64,000 nucleotides of DNA from contig JAIBBU010000007.1 in assembly GCA_019694515.1 (NCBI GenBank), forward strand, positions 6,573 through 70,572, read 5' to 3'. The position numbers and the translations under genes are program-made. Shown here piece after piece: positions 35,723 to 45,867 of this stretch. Numbering within the stretch: position 1 is the first letter of the stretch; each line of letters starts with the position of its first letter. This DNA is from Oligoflexia bacterium. Its GTDB lineage: Bacteria; Bdellovibrionota_C; UBA2361; JBGSMV01. The notes beneath the pieces are model-generated. The model had not been told where the DNA came from. It saw nothing but the letters and a program-made list of their open reading frames with translations, and searched no databases.

Positions 35723-37429
35723 TTGACCGAAACCCGATCAAGCTCCGGCACAATACTGCTGCTACTGGCCTTAGCCTTAGTTCCATTTGTATATCTTTGC
35801 GGCCTTCTGCCGGTCGGTTCGTCCACCGAAGCACGTGAGCTGCTGGTAATTGATACGATCTTGCGTGACCATGCCTGGCTCCTACCGCTCCGCAATGGGC
35901 AGGTGCCATCTAAGCCGCCTCTCTATCACTGGCTAAATGCGATCATAAGTTTCCCGGTCGGCGCTGCTTCTGTATGGCTGGCGCGCCTTCTTTCAGCATT
36001 GCTGGGGGGATTGACCGTGTATTCGACCGCGTTGATTGCAGATGCGGTGGGCGGCAGACGTCCGCGCCTGACACTGCTCAGCGCCGCGCTGCTCTTATCC
36101 ACCTATGGCTTCGTAAAGCTTATGGGCGAAGCCCGCGTGGACATGCTCTTCGCATTCTTGAATACGCTGGCGATGTTCATCGTGCTGCGCCGTTTTGTCC
36201 CTGATTTTACTAGCCGGACGGGGCGCCTCATTCCGCTCGAGGATTTAGATCTTAATCTTTTTTATGCGATCTGCGGCATTAGTGTACTGGCGCGCGGCCC
36301 CCTTGGGATAGTGCTCCCCCTCCTTAGCCTTGGGGCGGTTTTAATCTATACAGCTGGCTTTCGGGCTGCCGTGGTTTACCTATTACGTCCGCGAGCAGGC
36401 TGGTTCATAGCAGCAGCAATCTTTTTGCCGTGGTATTGCAGCGCATTTTTTCGTGGAGGCGATGCCTTCATCAACCGGCAGCTGATCTTTGAGAATATGC
36501 GCCGCTTTTTCGGCGGGGAGCAGGTGAACACTGAAGTTTGGTGGTTCTATCTGCCTTCGTTGCTGCGCACTGCGTTTCCGGTTTCGCTGCTGTTTCTCAT
36601 TTTTCATCGTCGGCTGCGGGATCCGCAGGCCCGCATAATCTCCATCTGGTTCTGGACCGGCTTTCTGTTTTTTTCGCTCGCCTCTGGTAAGCGCCATTCC
36701 TATCTTTTACCTCTTTACCCCGCGTGTGCCGTGTTCGCCGCGCTCTATCTCGAACAGTGGCTTTCACGGCTTTCCGATCGCAGTGGCGAGCGTCTGCGCA
36801 GCATCGCGCGCGCCTTAAATCCCGGAACGATATTCGCAGGGGCGATCTTGGTGTTAGAGGCCTTGCGGGTGTTTGATGAGTTTCACAACCCGGCGGTGCT
36901 GAACGCTAAGATTAGCTTTAATCTGATCTTAGTTCGTACCGAGCTGTTATTGAGTGCCTGCGGAGTTGTGATGCTAGCGTTGTCTATGCTACCAAGCGCG
37001 CGCGCTTATTACCGCAGCCCAGTGCTCTCATGGAGCGCGATTTTGATCGTTTTTTATGCGGCCATCCTGTTGGGGGACGGGTTTAAGAATCAGCTTAAGG
37101 AGTATCCAGCCCAGAGTGCTGCACTGGCTGCAGCCATTCCCGCCAACCAAAAACTAGTGGTTATGAAGAGTGAGTGGGACGAATCCTTTGACGTATTGTT
37201 ATATTATTTGAAACGTCCGGTGATTGTGCACCCTCCGGACGCCCAACCGCTACCGGGCCTGCTGCTGGCTAGCCGTAGCTGGATCGATACCCAGCGTGTG
37301 AAGTGGGTGCAAGCTGGCTGGTCGATGCAGGAAAGGCTCAAGTTAAGCTCCTCATATGATCGGGTGCTCGGGCGGGTTGAGCGCGAGAAAATCCTGTTAG
37401 AGCTTGTGCGATCCGGGCCGCGCCAATAG
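35723..37429 (+). CDS. Glycosyltransferase family 39/83 (ArnT/PMT-like) integral membrane protein
   Basis: The N-terminal loop EARELLVIDTILRDHAWLLPLRNGQVPSKPPLYHWL is typical of undecaprenyl-phosphate-sugar-dependent glycosyltransferases (ArnT-like). 11 or more TM, 568 aa. Confidence 0.7.
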   Translation: MTETRSSSGTILLLLALALVPFVYLCGLLPVGSSTEARELLVIDTILRDHAWLLPLRNGQVPSKPPLYHWLNAIISFPVGAASVWLARLLSALLGGLTVYSTALIADAVGGRRPRLTLLSAALLLSTYGFVKLMGEARVDMLFAFLNTLAMFIVLRRFVPDFTSRTGRLIPLEDLDLNLFYAICGISVLARGPLGIVLPLLSLGAVLIYTAGFRAAVVYLLRPRAGWFIAAAIFLPWYCSAFFRGGDAFINRQLIFENMRRFFGGEQVNTEVWWFYLPSLLRTAFPVSLLFLIFHRRLRDPQARIISIWFWTGFLFFSLASGKRHSYLLPLYPACAVFAALYLEQWLSRLSDRSGERLRSIARALNPGTIFAGAILVLEALRVFDEFHNPAVLNAKISFNLILVRTELLLSACGVVMLALSMLPSARAYYRSPVLSWSAILIVFYAAILLGDGFKNQLKEYPAQSAALAAAIPANQKLVVMKSEWDESFDVLLYYLKRPVIVHPPDAQPLPGLLLASRSWIDTQRVKWVQAGWSMQERLKLSSSYDRVLGRVEREKILLELVRSGPRQ

Positions 37430-37525
37430 ATCTCGATCCGGCAAACGGGTTGAAATTACCCTTGGGCCCCGGCAGAGCTAGCGATTCACTATAATTGCGA
37501 TCTGCAGCCTGAGTTGCGGACTGAC

Positions 37526-38005
37526 TCAGCTCCCTGTTCCGATCTCGGCTTCTTTGACGCCGCTCTTGGCTCGAACGTATGAGAGCAGCATGTGTACCAA
37601 TCGCAGTGAATAGATCGCGGCCAAGGCTACGAGGGTAGCCGAAACGGCTAACGGAAACTTATCAAATCCAACCGCGGTGCCGATTGCGGCCGTGATCCAC
37701 ATCAAGGTGGCCGTAGTTATTCCGGATACGCCGCGGGTGCTCTTAAAAATCGCGCCCGCACCTAAGAAGCCGATACCTGGCACGATCTGGGCTGCTATAC
37801 GCCCGGGATCGGCACCAGGGACCGTCTGGGCTACATAACGCGACATCAGTGCGAAGATACATGAACCCATGCAGATCAGGGAAAAGGTCCGCAGGCTCGG
37901 ATCTTTCCCGGCTAGCTCCCGTTCCAGCCCGATAACTGCACCCAGCACGGCGGAGAGAATTAAATGCCTTGATATCTCAGGGTCCCAAAAAAGTGATAAA
38001 TCCAT
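37526..38005 (-). CDS. MgtC/SapB family membrane protein
   Basis: HLILSAVLGAVIGLERE...TFSLICMGSCIF...GIGFLGAGAI...GITTAATLWITAAIG is the MgtC family signature. Confidence 0.8.
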   Translation of the reverse strand: MDLSLFWDPEISRHLILSAVLGAVIGLERELAGKDPSLRTFSLICMGSCIFALMSRYVAQTVPGADPGRIAAQIVPGIGFLGAGAIFKSTRGVSGITTATLMWITAAIGTAVGFDKFPLAVSATLVALAAIYSLRLVHMLLSYVRAKSGVKEAEIGTGS

Positions 38006-38068
38006 CCGTCAAATATAGCTGAGACTGGGTGCTTTAAGAACCTACCTTTTCGCGGGTATATTGCCCGA

Positions 38069-38671
38069 ATGTATCCAAAGCCCGACTTAATATTATTTGC
38101 CTCCACCAACAGTGGGAAGGCCGTTGAAGTTAAACGGATTGGCTCTGCACACGGTATTAAAGTGGTGCTGCCAGCGGAGCTTGAACGCGGTCTTCCGCCA
38201 GAGGTCGCGGAAACCGGCCTAACCTTTCAGGCCAATGCGAAACTTAAGGCTGAGGCTCTTTATGCCTGGAGCGGCGTACCAACCCTGGGGGATGACAGCG
38301 GTCTTGAGGTTGATGCGCTAAATGGAGCACCCGGCATTCATTCGGCACGATATGCCGGTCCGCAAGCTAGCGACGAAGATAACCGCGCAAAATTGCTTTC
38401 CGCACTGCAGGGGGTGAAGCGTCGTACCGCCCGTTACCGCTCGGCACTCTGTCTCAAGCTGAATCAGGAGCAGTTGTTGATGGCCGATGGAGTATTAGAG
38501 GGAGAGATTGCGCACGCGGAGGCGGGGACGGGAGGCTTTGGTTATGATCGACTCTGCATCATCGCAGGAACCGGAATGACCCTAGCGCAACTGAAGGAGC
38601 AGGGCGTCGAGGTCGAAACCCATCGCGTGCAGGCCTTAAGAAAACTCTTTGCGCGGCTCAAGAGCGGATAG
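38069..38671 (+). CDS. rdgB: dITP/XTP pyrophosphatase (RdgB/HAM1 family)
   Basis: ILFASTNSGK...GDDSGLEVDALNGAPGIHSARYAG...FGYD match the HAM1 motifs. 200 aa. Confidence 0.85.
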   Translation: MYPKPDLILFASTNSGKAVEVKRIGSAHGIKVVLPAELERGLPPEVAETGLTFQANAKLKAEALYAWSGVPTLGDDSGLEVDALNGAPGIHSARYAGPQASDEDNRAKLLSALQGVKRRTARYRSALCLKLNQEQLLMADGVLEGEIAHAEAGTGGFGYDRLCIIAGTGMTLAQLKEQGVEVETHRVQALRKLFARLKSG

Positions 38672-39125
38672 GGCGCTGGGCGATTTGTCGTCTAGCTTCA
38701 TACAATGCGATCGAAACGGCATTGCTTAAATTAAGACTCCGAACCCCGTCACAATCGATCGGAATGCGGAGTGCCTGATCCGGGGGGAAGTGCGACATAA
38801 ATTCCTTCCCCAGCCCTTTGGTCTCGCTGCCAAATACCAAGGCATCCTCAGCAAAGAAATCGGCTTCGTAGTAGCAGCGCGTAGCAAATTTGGAGAATAA
38901 CCAGACTCTGCGGCTGGGAGAACGAGCGCTATATTCCTCCCAGGTGGCATGCAGCTGCAGATCGACAAAGGGCCAGTAATCCAGTCCAGCCCGTCTGACG
39001 GTACGCTCGGAGATCTCAAAGGGAGTCTTTCCCACGATATGCAGCGGGGTATAGGTAGCTGCGCAGGTTCGGGCAATAGAGCCGGTATTTTGAGGGATTT
39101 GCGGTTCGACTAGTACGACTTGCAT
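38658..39125 (-). CDS. trmL: tRNA (cytidine/uridine-2'-O)-methyltransferase TrmL (SpoU-TrmH family)
   Basis: MQVVLVEPQIPQNTGSIARTCAAT matches E. coli TrmL ([25 protein letters not shown]). C-terminal LNLSNAVSIALYEA SPOUT motif. Confidence 0.85.
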   Translation of the reverse strand: MQVVLVEPQIPQNTGSIARTCAATYTPLHIVGKTPFEISERTVRRAGLDYWPFVDLQLHATWEEYSARSPSRRVWLFSKFATRCYYEADFFAEDALVFGSETKGLGKEFMSHFPPDQALRIPIDCDGVRSLNLSNAVSIALYEARRQIAQRPIRS

Positions 39126-39253
39126 CTCAATCAACCCATCTTTTCTGAACTGTTACTATCCGAGGATATGCTGAAAGTCTACTCGACCGGAAAAATCCCC
39201 CAACTTTGCATCACCCCCACCCTTTGCTATCATCCCAAGGGCTAATTTAGGAC

Positions 39254-40048
39254 GTGTTTGTTTTAGGGTTGGTTGTGTTAAACGCCGCGATTACAAAAAG
39301 ATTTGAAGTCACTCCAGATCTAATCATCTTTCAGATCAAACCGGATACCGAAGTGCCGGATTTTTCTCCCGGTCAATACGTAGCTCTAGGATTGCCCGGG
39401 TCGGCTGCTCGCCCATCAAACTTTCCGCCGGAAGCCCAGCTGCCTGCGCCTGACAAGATCATCAAGCGCGCTTATTCGATCGGTTCTCCCCCCCAACAAA
39501 AGGAGTACCTGGAGTTTTACATCGCGATTGCTCCTTTGGGTGCTTTAACTTCGCGCCTGGCGATGTTGCATGAGGGAGACCGTCTGTTCATGAATCCTAA
39601 GATTACCGGAACCTTTACGCTGCATGAGGTCCCAGCTGATCATAATTTGATTCTAGTATCGACCGGCACAGGCATCGCCCCGTATATGTCGATGCTTCGC
39701 ACTGAAAGTAGCTGGACACCGCAGCGCCGCATTACTCTGCTGCATGGTGCGCGGCATGCACAGGATCTGGCTTATCGGGAAGAATTATTGGCGCTGGCTG
39801 CACGCGAGCCACGCTTCACCTATCACGCCATCGTAAGTCGTGAAGATCCAGCCTGGCACGGACCGCGCGGCTATGTGCAGAGCTTCTTCAATGACGGCAC
39901 TATCGTGCTCGACCCGCGGGTGGACCATGTCTTTATGTGCGGCAATCCGGGGATGATTGATCAAACTCAGAAGTATCTTGAGGCGCACGGGTATACCGTG
40001 CACTCGAAACGAGTGCCCGGTAATTTGCATTTAGAAAAATACTGGTAG
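39254..40048 (+). CDS. fpr: Ferredoxin/flavodoxin-NADP+ reductase (Fpr-type)
   Basis: RAYSIGS (FAD-binding motif); GTGIAP (NADP-binding motif); C-terminal ...LEKYW aromatic stacking residue. GTG start; an alternative start lies 21 nt downstream. Confidence 0.85.
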   Translation: MFVLGLVVLNAAITKRFEVTPDLIIFQIKPDTEVPDFSPGQYVALGLPGSAARPSNFPPEAQLPAPDKIIKRAYSIGSPPQQKEYLEFYIAIAPLGALTSRLAMLHEGDRLFMNPKITGTFTLHEVPADHNLILVSTGTGIAPYMSMLRTESSWTPQRRITLLHGARHAQDLAYREELLALAAREPRFTYHAIVSREDPAWHGPRGYVQSFFNDGTIVLDPRVDHVFMCGNPGMIDQTQKYLEAHGYTVHSKRVPGNLHLEKYW

Positions 40049-40057
40049 GCTTCCCAG

Positions 40058-40405
40058 CTATTTCTTCCTCAGTGAGTGCACGAACTCAATCAGGCTGGCA
40101 ATATCTGCGTCAGACAGTCCGGCCTGCGGAGGCATCAGCGCGTTCAAACCGAAAGCGGTGCCCCCCTTCAGAATTAGCTCCTTAAATTTTGCATCGTCGA
40201 CTGCCACCTTCATTGTCCCGGTTTGCAGGTCGCGCGGCTTCATGTCCGCGGGAAGCCCAGCAGCAATTGGGCCATCGCCTTTACCCTCAGTACCGTGACA
40301 GGTAATGCAGCGTTCCATGAAGATGGCCTTGCCCTTTTCCAGGTCCGCGGCAGCGGTAAATGGGAGTGCAAGAATAACTAAAATTAGAGCGTATCTAGCA
40401 ATCAT
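40058..40405 (-). CDS. Class I c-type cytochrome (periplasmic, CxxCH)
   Basis: Signal peptide, then CITCHG haem-binding motif and a distal Met (NALMPPQ). 115 aa. Confidence 0.8.
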   Translation of the reverse strand: MIARYALILVILALPFTAAADLEKGKAIFMERCITCHGTEGKGDGPIAAGLPADMKPRDLQTGTMKVAVDDAKFKELILKGGTAFGLNALMPPQAGLSDADIASLIEFVHSLRKK

Positions 40406-40536
40406 TTGCCTCTATAAGGTTAAATAAGTTAGAAGAGTATACGCTTTGGCATGAGGGCTTGGAATCCCTCGAAAATCGGATCGGTGCTTCAGACCCCACT
40501 GTTTCGCCCTGCATTTGAGTAGATGAAACATTTATT

Positions 40537-40812
40537 ATGCCATTCAAACCACTTGAAATTATCCGCAGTAAAAGCCGAGAGGAATGGGAAGCGCTAGCGC
40601 GCGAACGCTGGACCAATGCCCGGATCTGGACCCAAGAGAACGGCGAGCTTGCACTGGTCTTTGGTTTACTGGCCGGTATCTTCTTTGTGCTGGCGCTAAA
40701 GCTTGTGGTTATGTTGCTGGTGATTGCGGGATTGGCTGCGTTTGGAGTTTGGCTATACGCCCTTCCGGACGGACAGAAGCGCGGTCCCTCCTCTGACGAG
40801 AACCCGTCGTAA
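40537..40812 (+). CDS. Small hypothetical membrane protein (2 TM)
   Basis: 91-aa ORF with two hydrophobic helices. Confidence 0.4.
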   Translation: MPFKPLEIIRSKSREEWEALARERWTNARIWTQENGELALVFGLLAGIFFVLALKLVVMLLVIAGLAAFGVWLYALPDGQKRGPSSDENPS

Positions 40813-40998
40813 GGGGGCCCTCTCGGGAATGATTATTCTAGTCGAAGTACTGCTTCCAACTGTATCTAGTTAACATCTTAATATTGAGCATGAATTAGGC
40901 TTCGCCCTGCCGGATTGCAGGGCCGCCAGATTTAAGGCTTATTGGCAGCTTGCCGATATAACTATATTATCTTCATTTACTGGAGGTTTTGTTATTCG

Positions 40999-41385
40999 AT
41001 GGGCACCGTGCCGTTCATCGAGATTGCGGAACATCTTGAGCTAGCCGGTTTAATCTGGCAGCCCGAAATCGGAGACGAGGTCTCCAAACGCGCCCAGCGA
41101 GCGTCGGTCTCGATTCTCGTTGATCCCCAGGGGATGACCCCTACAGAGCTCCGATCGACCTTCCTGTGGCTTCCTACAGTGGAGCAGATCGTGCTGCAAT
41201 TTGAGAGCCGTCAGGCGATTCTGTTTCATGCTGGGCTCGAACTTTCCAACTATTCTATGCTTTATAAGACCGTCGTTCAAAAACGCGACGAACAGATTGA
41301 ACAAAAAGGCGAAAGCTTGAGGATTGCCATGGGACTCGCGCTCAGGGATCTGCTGCTAATCGATAACCAGGCGGCCGTTAATTAG
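40999..41385 (+). CDS. Hypothetical protein
   Basis: Start at MGTVPFIEIAEHL, with GGAGG 12 nt upstream; the ORF track begins at 40942. No recognised domain. Confidence 0.45.
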   Translation: MGTVPFIEIAEHLELAGLIWQPEIGDEVSKRAQRASVSILVDPQGMTPTELRSTFLWLPTVEQIVLQFESRQAILFHAGLELSNYSMLYKTVVQKRDEQIEQKGESLRIAMGLALRDLLLIDNQAAVN

Positions 41386-42079
41386 CTGAGCCCGATTGGT
41401 TGGGCGCATCGCTATCCCCTGAATCATTCTCTCCCAATACCAGCGATTCGAGCTGGCGACGGCGGCGGCGATATATCCAGTAGCCGACTGTGCCCAATAA
41501 GATCGTTGCAATTACCGTCATGAACTTCGCTTCGGAAATATAATGCAGCGCCATCTTGTAATTGTCTGCGACTAAATATCCCACAGCCAAGAAAAAAGGC
41601 AGACTGACCAGTGCGGCTAAACAGTCAGCCACCAAAAATTTTCGAAGATTCATGCGGACGGCACCGCACGTTAGAAACGTGACTGTCCTCAATGTAAAGA
41701 GATGCCGGGCCACGAAAATCATCAGCAGGCTGCGGCGTTCAAGACGACCGCGAATGCTTTTGATTTTTCCGCTTGGCACACGCGATCTGAACCAGCGCGT
41801 CTTGAAAAGAGCTAAGCCGAAGCGACGGCCCACGAAATATACAACTAGATCGCCTAGAATCAACGCCGCGTAACACACGCCTAGGGTGGGCCAAAGCTGC
41901 ACCTGCTCAGTTTGAATTAGAACGCCGCCCAAAATCAGGGGAAGATCCTCAGGCAGCGGCAGCCCGACAGCTCCAGCCATCAGCATGAAAAAGAGGGCGA
42001 GATAAAGTACTAGCCCATGTTGTCCGAGCAGCCACGCGTCCATTCGGCTTAATATGTTACTTAATGCTAATTCAGGCAA
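41378..42079 (-). CDS. DedA/SNARE-associated (VTT-domain) family membrane protein
   Basis: GLPLPEDLPLILGGVLI..., then the conserved F(V/I)ARHL...R motif region. 233 aa. Confidence 0.75.
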   Translation of the reverse strand: MPELALSNILSRMDAWLLGQHGLVLYLALFFMLMAGAVGLPLPEDLPLILGGVLIQTEQVQLWPTLGVCYAALILGDLVVYFVGRRFGLALFKTRWFRSRVPSGKIKSIRGRLERRSLLMIFVARHLFTLRTVTFLTCGAVRMNLRKFLVADCLAALVSLPFFLAVGYLVADNYKMALHYISEAKFMTVIATILLGTVGYWIYRRRRRQLESLVLGENDSGDSDAPNQSGSAN

Positions 42080-42103
42080 TAAGAGGACCAGTCGCTTGCG
42101 CGA

Positions 42104-42460
42104 CTATTTCTTATCGAGCACAGAAAGAAATTCAGCGACCTTAAAAGGTTTTTGTAAGTAAAGATCGGCGTGCACAGATTGGTCGAGCACCATCGGTGAA
42201 TCGGAATTTGCAGAGAGCATAATCACTGGGACACCGGCTGTGCGCGTATTTTGTCTGAGCTGCTTCAGTACGTCGATGCCATTCATGCCCGGCATTTGAA
42301 GATCGAGAATCAGGACATCAGGGAGCGCATTGTCCATGCTGTGCAGGCAGTCTTCGCCCTTTTCAAAGGCTTCCACCGTGTGGCCGGCACTCTCCGCGAT
42401 ATCACTAATCAGGGTGCGAATCACCGGATCATCGTCAACTATCATGATTTTCTTGGTCAT
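42104..42460 (-). CDS. CheY-like single-domain response regulator
   Basis: IMIVDDD...DVLILDLQMPGMNG...LQKP. 118 aa. Confidence 0.85.
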   Translation of the reverse strand: MTKKIMIVDDDPVIRTLISDIAESAGHTVEAFEKGEDCLHSMDNALPDVLILDLQMPGMNGIDVLKQLRQNTRTAGVPVIMLSANSDSPMVLDQSVHADLYLQKPFKVAEFLSVLDKK

Positions 42461-42836
42461 CTTTGCACCTTAATTTCCTATGGCTATATCGGAAGATTTC
42501 TGAGGAATCTTGAATGCTGAAGTTTTGAGGGGCTGATTGCGGCGGTGCTGCATTTGAAGGGGGAAACATGGCCTTGGGAGAAGCGGCGTAAGGTTTATAC
42601 ATACGGGACTGCCGGAGGTTGGAGGAGCAGCTAATTGCTAACGGCGTCGGACTTTGGATGGGTATGGGGCCTGGTAGTTCTCCGATTCGAGCATGAAGTT
42701 CCGGCCAGTGCGCTTGGTCCGTCCTTGCGAGCGGAGCGAAGTAATCTAAGATTTTGCCTGGCAGTGCAAACACCCTGCGATGGGGGGAGGGGAACACGCT
42801 TCCGATCATAACTGGGTAAAATAGAGCGTGCCTCAG

Positions 42837-42871
42837 TGTTAGGGATTGCTTCGCTCTGCTCGCAATGACAG
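42837..42871 (-). repeat. Interspersed repeat unit (compact 35-nt copy, inverted)
   Basis: gtgttagggattgcttcgctctgctcgcaatgacag is the reverse complement of the ctgtcattgcgagc...gcaatccctaacac core. Confidence 0.7.
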
Positions 42872-43019
42872 AGAATCTGTTCTCGAATTGCGTAACTCGT
42901 ACAGCAATGACAAAACAGAGCACAAGACGAACGGTTTTCGTGCTCGAAACCGGGGAAAGCTTTAATTGCCGATATTTCATATTTCGACAACGGAATAATC
43001 GCCACCAATCCGGACGGCT

Positions 43020-43053
43020 CCGTCATTGCGAGCGAAGCGAAGCAAACCCTAAC
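43020..43053 (+). repeat. Interspersed repeat unit (forward copy)
   Basis: ccgtcattgcgagcgaagcgaagcaaaccctaac. Confidence 0.7.
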
Positions 43054-43185
43054 TTTAAGTCGAAATGAACGCTCTATTGAAGAAGCTAGGGGAATTTCCT
43101 GTGCATATTCCAGTCATTGGCGGTAGCTTGCATGCTTGTAAGAAGTTTTTGCAATTACCAAAGAACAAAGCCTCCTTCGGTACAA

Positions 43186-43220
43186 TGTTAGGGATTGCTT
43201 CGCTCTGCTCGCAATGACAG
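43186..43220 (-). repeat. Interspersed repeat unit (inverted copy, near-identical to 42837-42871)
   Basis: tgttagggattgcttcgctctgctcgcaatgacag. Forms an inverted pair with 43020-43053 around a spacer of about 130 bp. Confidence 0.7.
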
Positions 43221-43416
43221 GGTCGCGCGTTTAGCCCCCTATTTTCGGCGTCGAGTGTTAGAGACGGGTTTCGGATTCAGCATCAGCTCTGCGCACCGGC
43301 AAACTGCGCGCTGATTCCGTTTCGGAATTCAGAGATGCAAGCCGGATGCTGGCCCACGGCGATTAGTTAAGGGACGCGGTCTTCTGACTTTGATGCGGTC
43401 AACGCGACAGCTACAT

Positions 43417-45867
43417 CTAATGAGGGCCGTGAGCACCACTATCGATGCGGGGGCTTTGGCTGACTGAAGGAGCCGAGGCCAGAGCCTGTTTCACGGCTTT
43501 TGCCAATGTTTGCAGATCGAACGGCTTGGGGATCACGGTCTCGCTGGGATCGCCGCCGGGAGGATTAAGACCGTAGCCGGTCATAACCAAAGTGCGCACT
43601 GAGGAATCGCTAGCTTTCAATTTAGAGATCAATTCGGTGCCGTTCATCTTCGGCATAATCATGTCGACCAACACCAAATCGAAATCCTCACTATGCTGTT
43701 GCTTTAGAGCATCTTGGCCATTTGAACAGCTTGAGACGTTATAGCCTAAGGTCGCTAACATCTTGGCGATTAATTCTCGAACTGTCGGCTCATCTTCTAC
43801 CACCAGGATCTTCTGGCGATTGCCACGCAGTGTTGAGTTGATTTCCTTGGTGTCATTCATGGAGCCTGCTTTCGACTCGGCAGCCAGTGAATCGATTCGA
43901 GCATCCTCTTTTAGCGGTAAATACAGGGTGATAGTCGTCCCTTTTTCGGGGTGACTTTCGGCGGCTAAGAAGCCGTCATGCGCGCGCACGATTGCGAAGA
44001 CCATCGAAAGACCGAGCCCGGAATGCCCGCTGGCCGATCGGGTGGAGAATAGGGGATCAAAGGCCCGTGCCAGGATCTCGCGACTCATACCCTGCCCATG
44101 GTCGCGCACCCGAATGCGCACAAACCGGCCGGCATGCGCGCCGCTGTGCAAATACGCCACGTTCTGGTCGAGTTCCTCTTGGTCTAGAACAATTTCAATC
44201 TCGCCTGGTTTGCCGTTGTAGGATTCTTTGGCATTTAGCACTAAGTTGGTCAGGGCCTGCAGCATTAGGTTAACGTCGCACTCAACCGGCATCTTTTGTC
44301 CGCTGTGCGCCAGTTTAATTTCGTAATTTTCGCCAGCCATGCGTTTAATCAGTTCTAAACGGCTGGTTAAGACATCGGTTAGATCAACCTGTTTGATTTC
44401 ATCCGGCTTGCCCTGGGCAAAATCCATGAGCTTGCGCACCAAATCACCAGCGCTCTTGGCAGCTCCCAAAATTTTGTTCAAGCACTGTTGGACCTCGGCT
44501 TGATCAGGAGTGTGACGCGCGTAGCTGGCGTGGCCAATGATGGTGGTTAGAGAATTATTGAAGGAATGCGCAATCCCGCCGATGACCTCGCCAATTGATC
44601 TCACTTTTTGGGCTTGCAGTAGTTGACCCTCTACAGTGCGTTTGTCGGTGATGTCCTGCACGGTTAAAATCACGCTGTCTGGTCCGCTTGAAATCGACGA
44701 ATCGTCAAAACTTTCGGGACGCGAGGAACACAGCTCGAAGAATCTTAGCTTGTCGGGAAGCTGATTTAATTTGAATTCGACTGTCCGTGCGCCAACAGTG
44801 CGGGTGGTTTCCACCAGCTCCAAGATGGGTTTCAAGATCTCCGGATTGATGCCCAGCGACGCGATATTCCTGCCCGTTATCTCACCCTCGGGTAAGTTAA
44901 GGATCGTGCGTAATTTACGGTTGGCATAGGTGACCGTCCCGGTTGTATCGATCGCACACACGCCTCTTGTCCCCGCAAAGGAGAGCAGGGCGCCGCCATC
45001 GCTCGATTTCTCTTTGCGTTGATCCTCGCTGGGCGGCTGGATGTTGACCGAACTGCGCCGCCGCCAGTAGTCGCTTGAAAGTCCTGAGAAGGTTTGCCCA
45101 CGAGAGTCGGGCATTAGCTGAGCAGCGAAATATTGACGGAAGTCCCGTCGCAGCACGCCGCACAAGCGCCAGGCGCTTAAGGCTGGAACTGCTATGCAGA
45201 ATGTGACCAACAGCAGCAGATTGCCGGCCGCAATCTGTTGTAGCAGCCCGCTCGGCTGCTGGCTGCCGCCGCCAATCCATAGCACACAGAATATCGTGAG
45301 CACTGACACCAAGGTTACGGTGTGGATCAACAAGGCATCGAGAGCGCCGCGGCGCGGCTTCTGCGTACACCAGCCCCACAGTACCGGACTAAGAGACAGA
45401 GCTCCTGCAAGCAGCGTCATGAGCGTCTCTTGCAACAGCTGAAATATCACACCGAAATTGTGAATGATCGGATTAGGGATAGTGTTGGGGCCAATCCAGT
45501 ATGCCAGCGGCCCGAAAACTAACAGCCATGCGGCGAAGGTCACGGTGAAGCTCGGCAGCTGCGGCGCAAGAATATTGGCATAACCGATCGCTACGGCAAT
45601 CGTGACAATTCGCAGCGCTTCGAAGTATTCGCCGCTAGCAAAAAAAGGAAAAACCAGCGCTACGGCGCAGGCACTGAGCGCTCCAGAGGGACCGAAAGCC
45701 AACGCGGCAAAGAAAATAAAGATCGTTCCCAAATTATAGAGTGGGGTCGGCGCAAAATTGCTGCAGGTCACGTTGACGGCCAGCGCGGCCAGACCCAGTC
45801 CGAGTGAGAACTTCAAATCCCTCTTGGAAAATTGCGGATTGATCAAAATTTTAGCTCCAAAAAGCAC
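43417..45867 (-). CDS. Hybrid sensor histidine kinase (polytopic membrane sensor, PAS, HisKA, HATPase_c, C-terminal receiver)
   Basis: About 8-10 N-terminal TM segments; PAS-like region; H-box IGGIAHSFNNSLTTIIG; G-boxes DHGQGM...GLGLS; C-terminal receiver ILVVEDE...LVLVDMIMPKMNG. Confidence 0.85.
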   Translation of the reverse strand: MLFGAKILINPQFSKRDLKFSLGLGLAALAVNVTCSNFAPTPLYNLGTIFIFFAALAFGPSGALSACAVALVFPFFASGEYFEALRIVTIAVAIGYANILAPQLPSFTVTFAAWLLVFGPLAYWIGPNTIPNPIIHNFGVIFQLLQETLMTLLAGALSLSPVLWGWCTQKPRRGALDALLIHTVTLVSVLTIFCVLWIGGGSQQPSGLLQQIAAGNLLLLVTFCIAVPALSAWRLCGVLRRDFRQYFAAQLMPDSRGQTFSGLSSDYWRRRSSVNIQPPSEDQRKEKSSDGGALLSFAGTRGVCAIDTTGTVTYANRKLRTILNLPEGEITGRNIASLGINPEILKPILELVETTRTVGARTVEFKLNQLPDKLRFFELCSSRPESFDDSSISSGPDSVILTVQDITDKRTVEGQLLQAQKVRSIGEVIGGIAHSFNNSLTTIIGHASYARHTPDQAEVQQCLNKILGAAKSAGDLVRKLMDFAQGKPDEIKQVDLTDVLTSRLELIKRMAGENYEIKLAHSGQKMPVECDVNLMLQALTNLVLNAKESYNGKPGEIEIVLDQEELDQNVAYLHSGAHAGRFVRIRVRDHGQGMSREILARAFDPLFSTRSASGHSGLGLSMVFAIVRAHDGFLAAESHPEKGTTITLYLPLKEDARIDSLAAESKAGSMNDTKEINSTLRGNRQKILVVEDEPTVRELIAKMLATLGYNVSSCSNGQDALKQQHSEDFDLVLVDMIMPKMNGTELISKLKASDSSVRTLVMTGYGLNPPGGDPSETVIPKPFDLQTLAKAVKQALASAPSVSQSPRIDSGAHGPH

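Noticed and set aside
42435-43068. ORFs of 181, 131 and 67 aa in the histidine-kinase/response-regulator spacer
   Set aside because: They translate the interspersed repeat itself (HCERSEA / HCEQSEAIPN peptides recur). They overlap each other in different frames and have no start context.
5831-43220. Possibility that the dispersed repeats are a CRISPR array
   Set aside because: The copies are in mixed orientation with irregular spacers of 50-180 bp and lie at two loci 37 kb apart. No cas genes are nearby.
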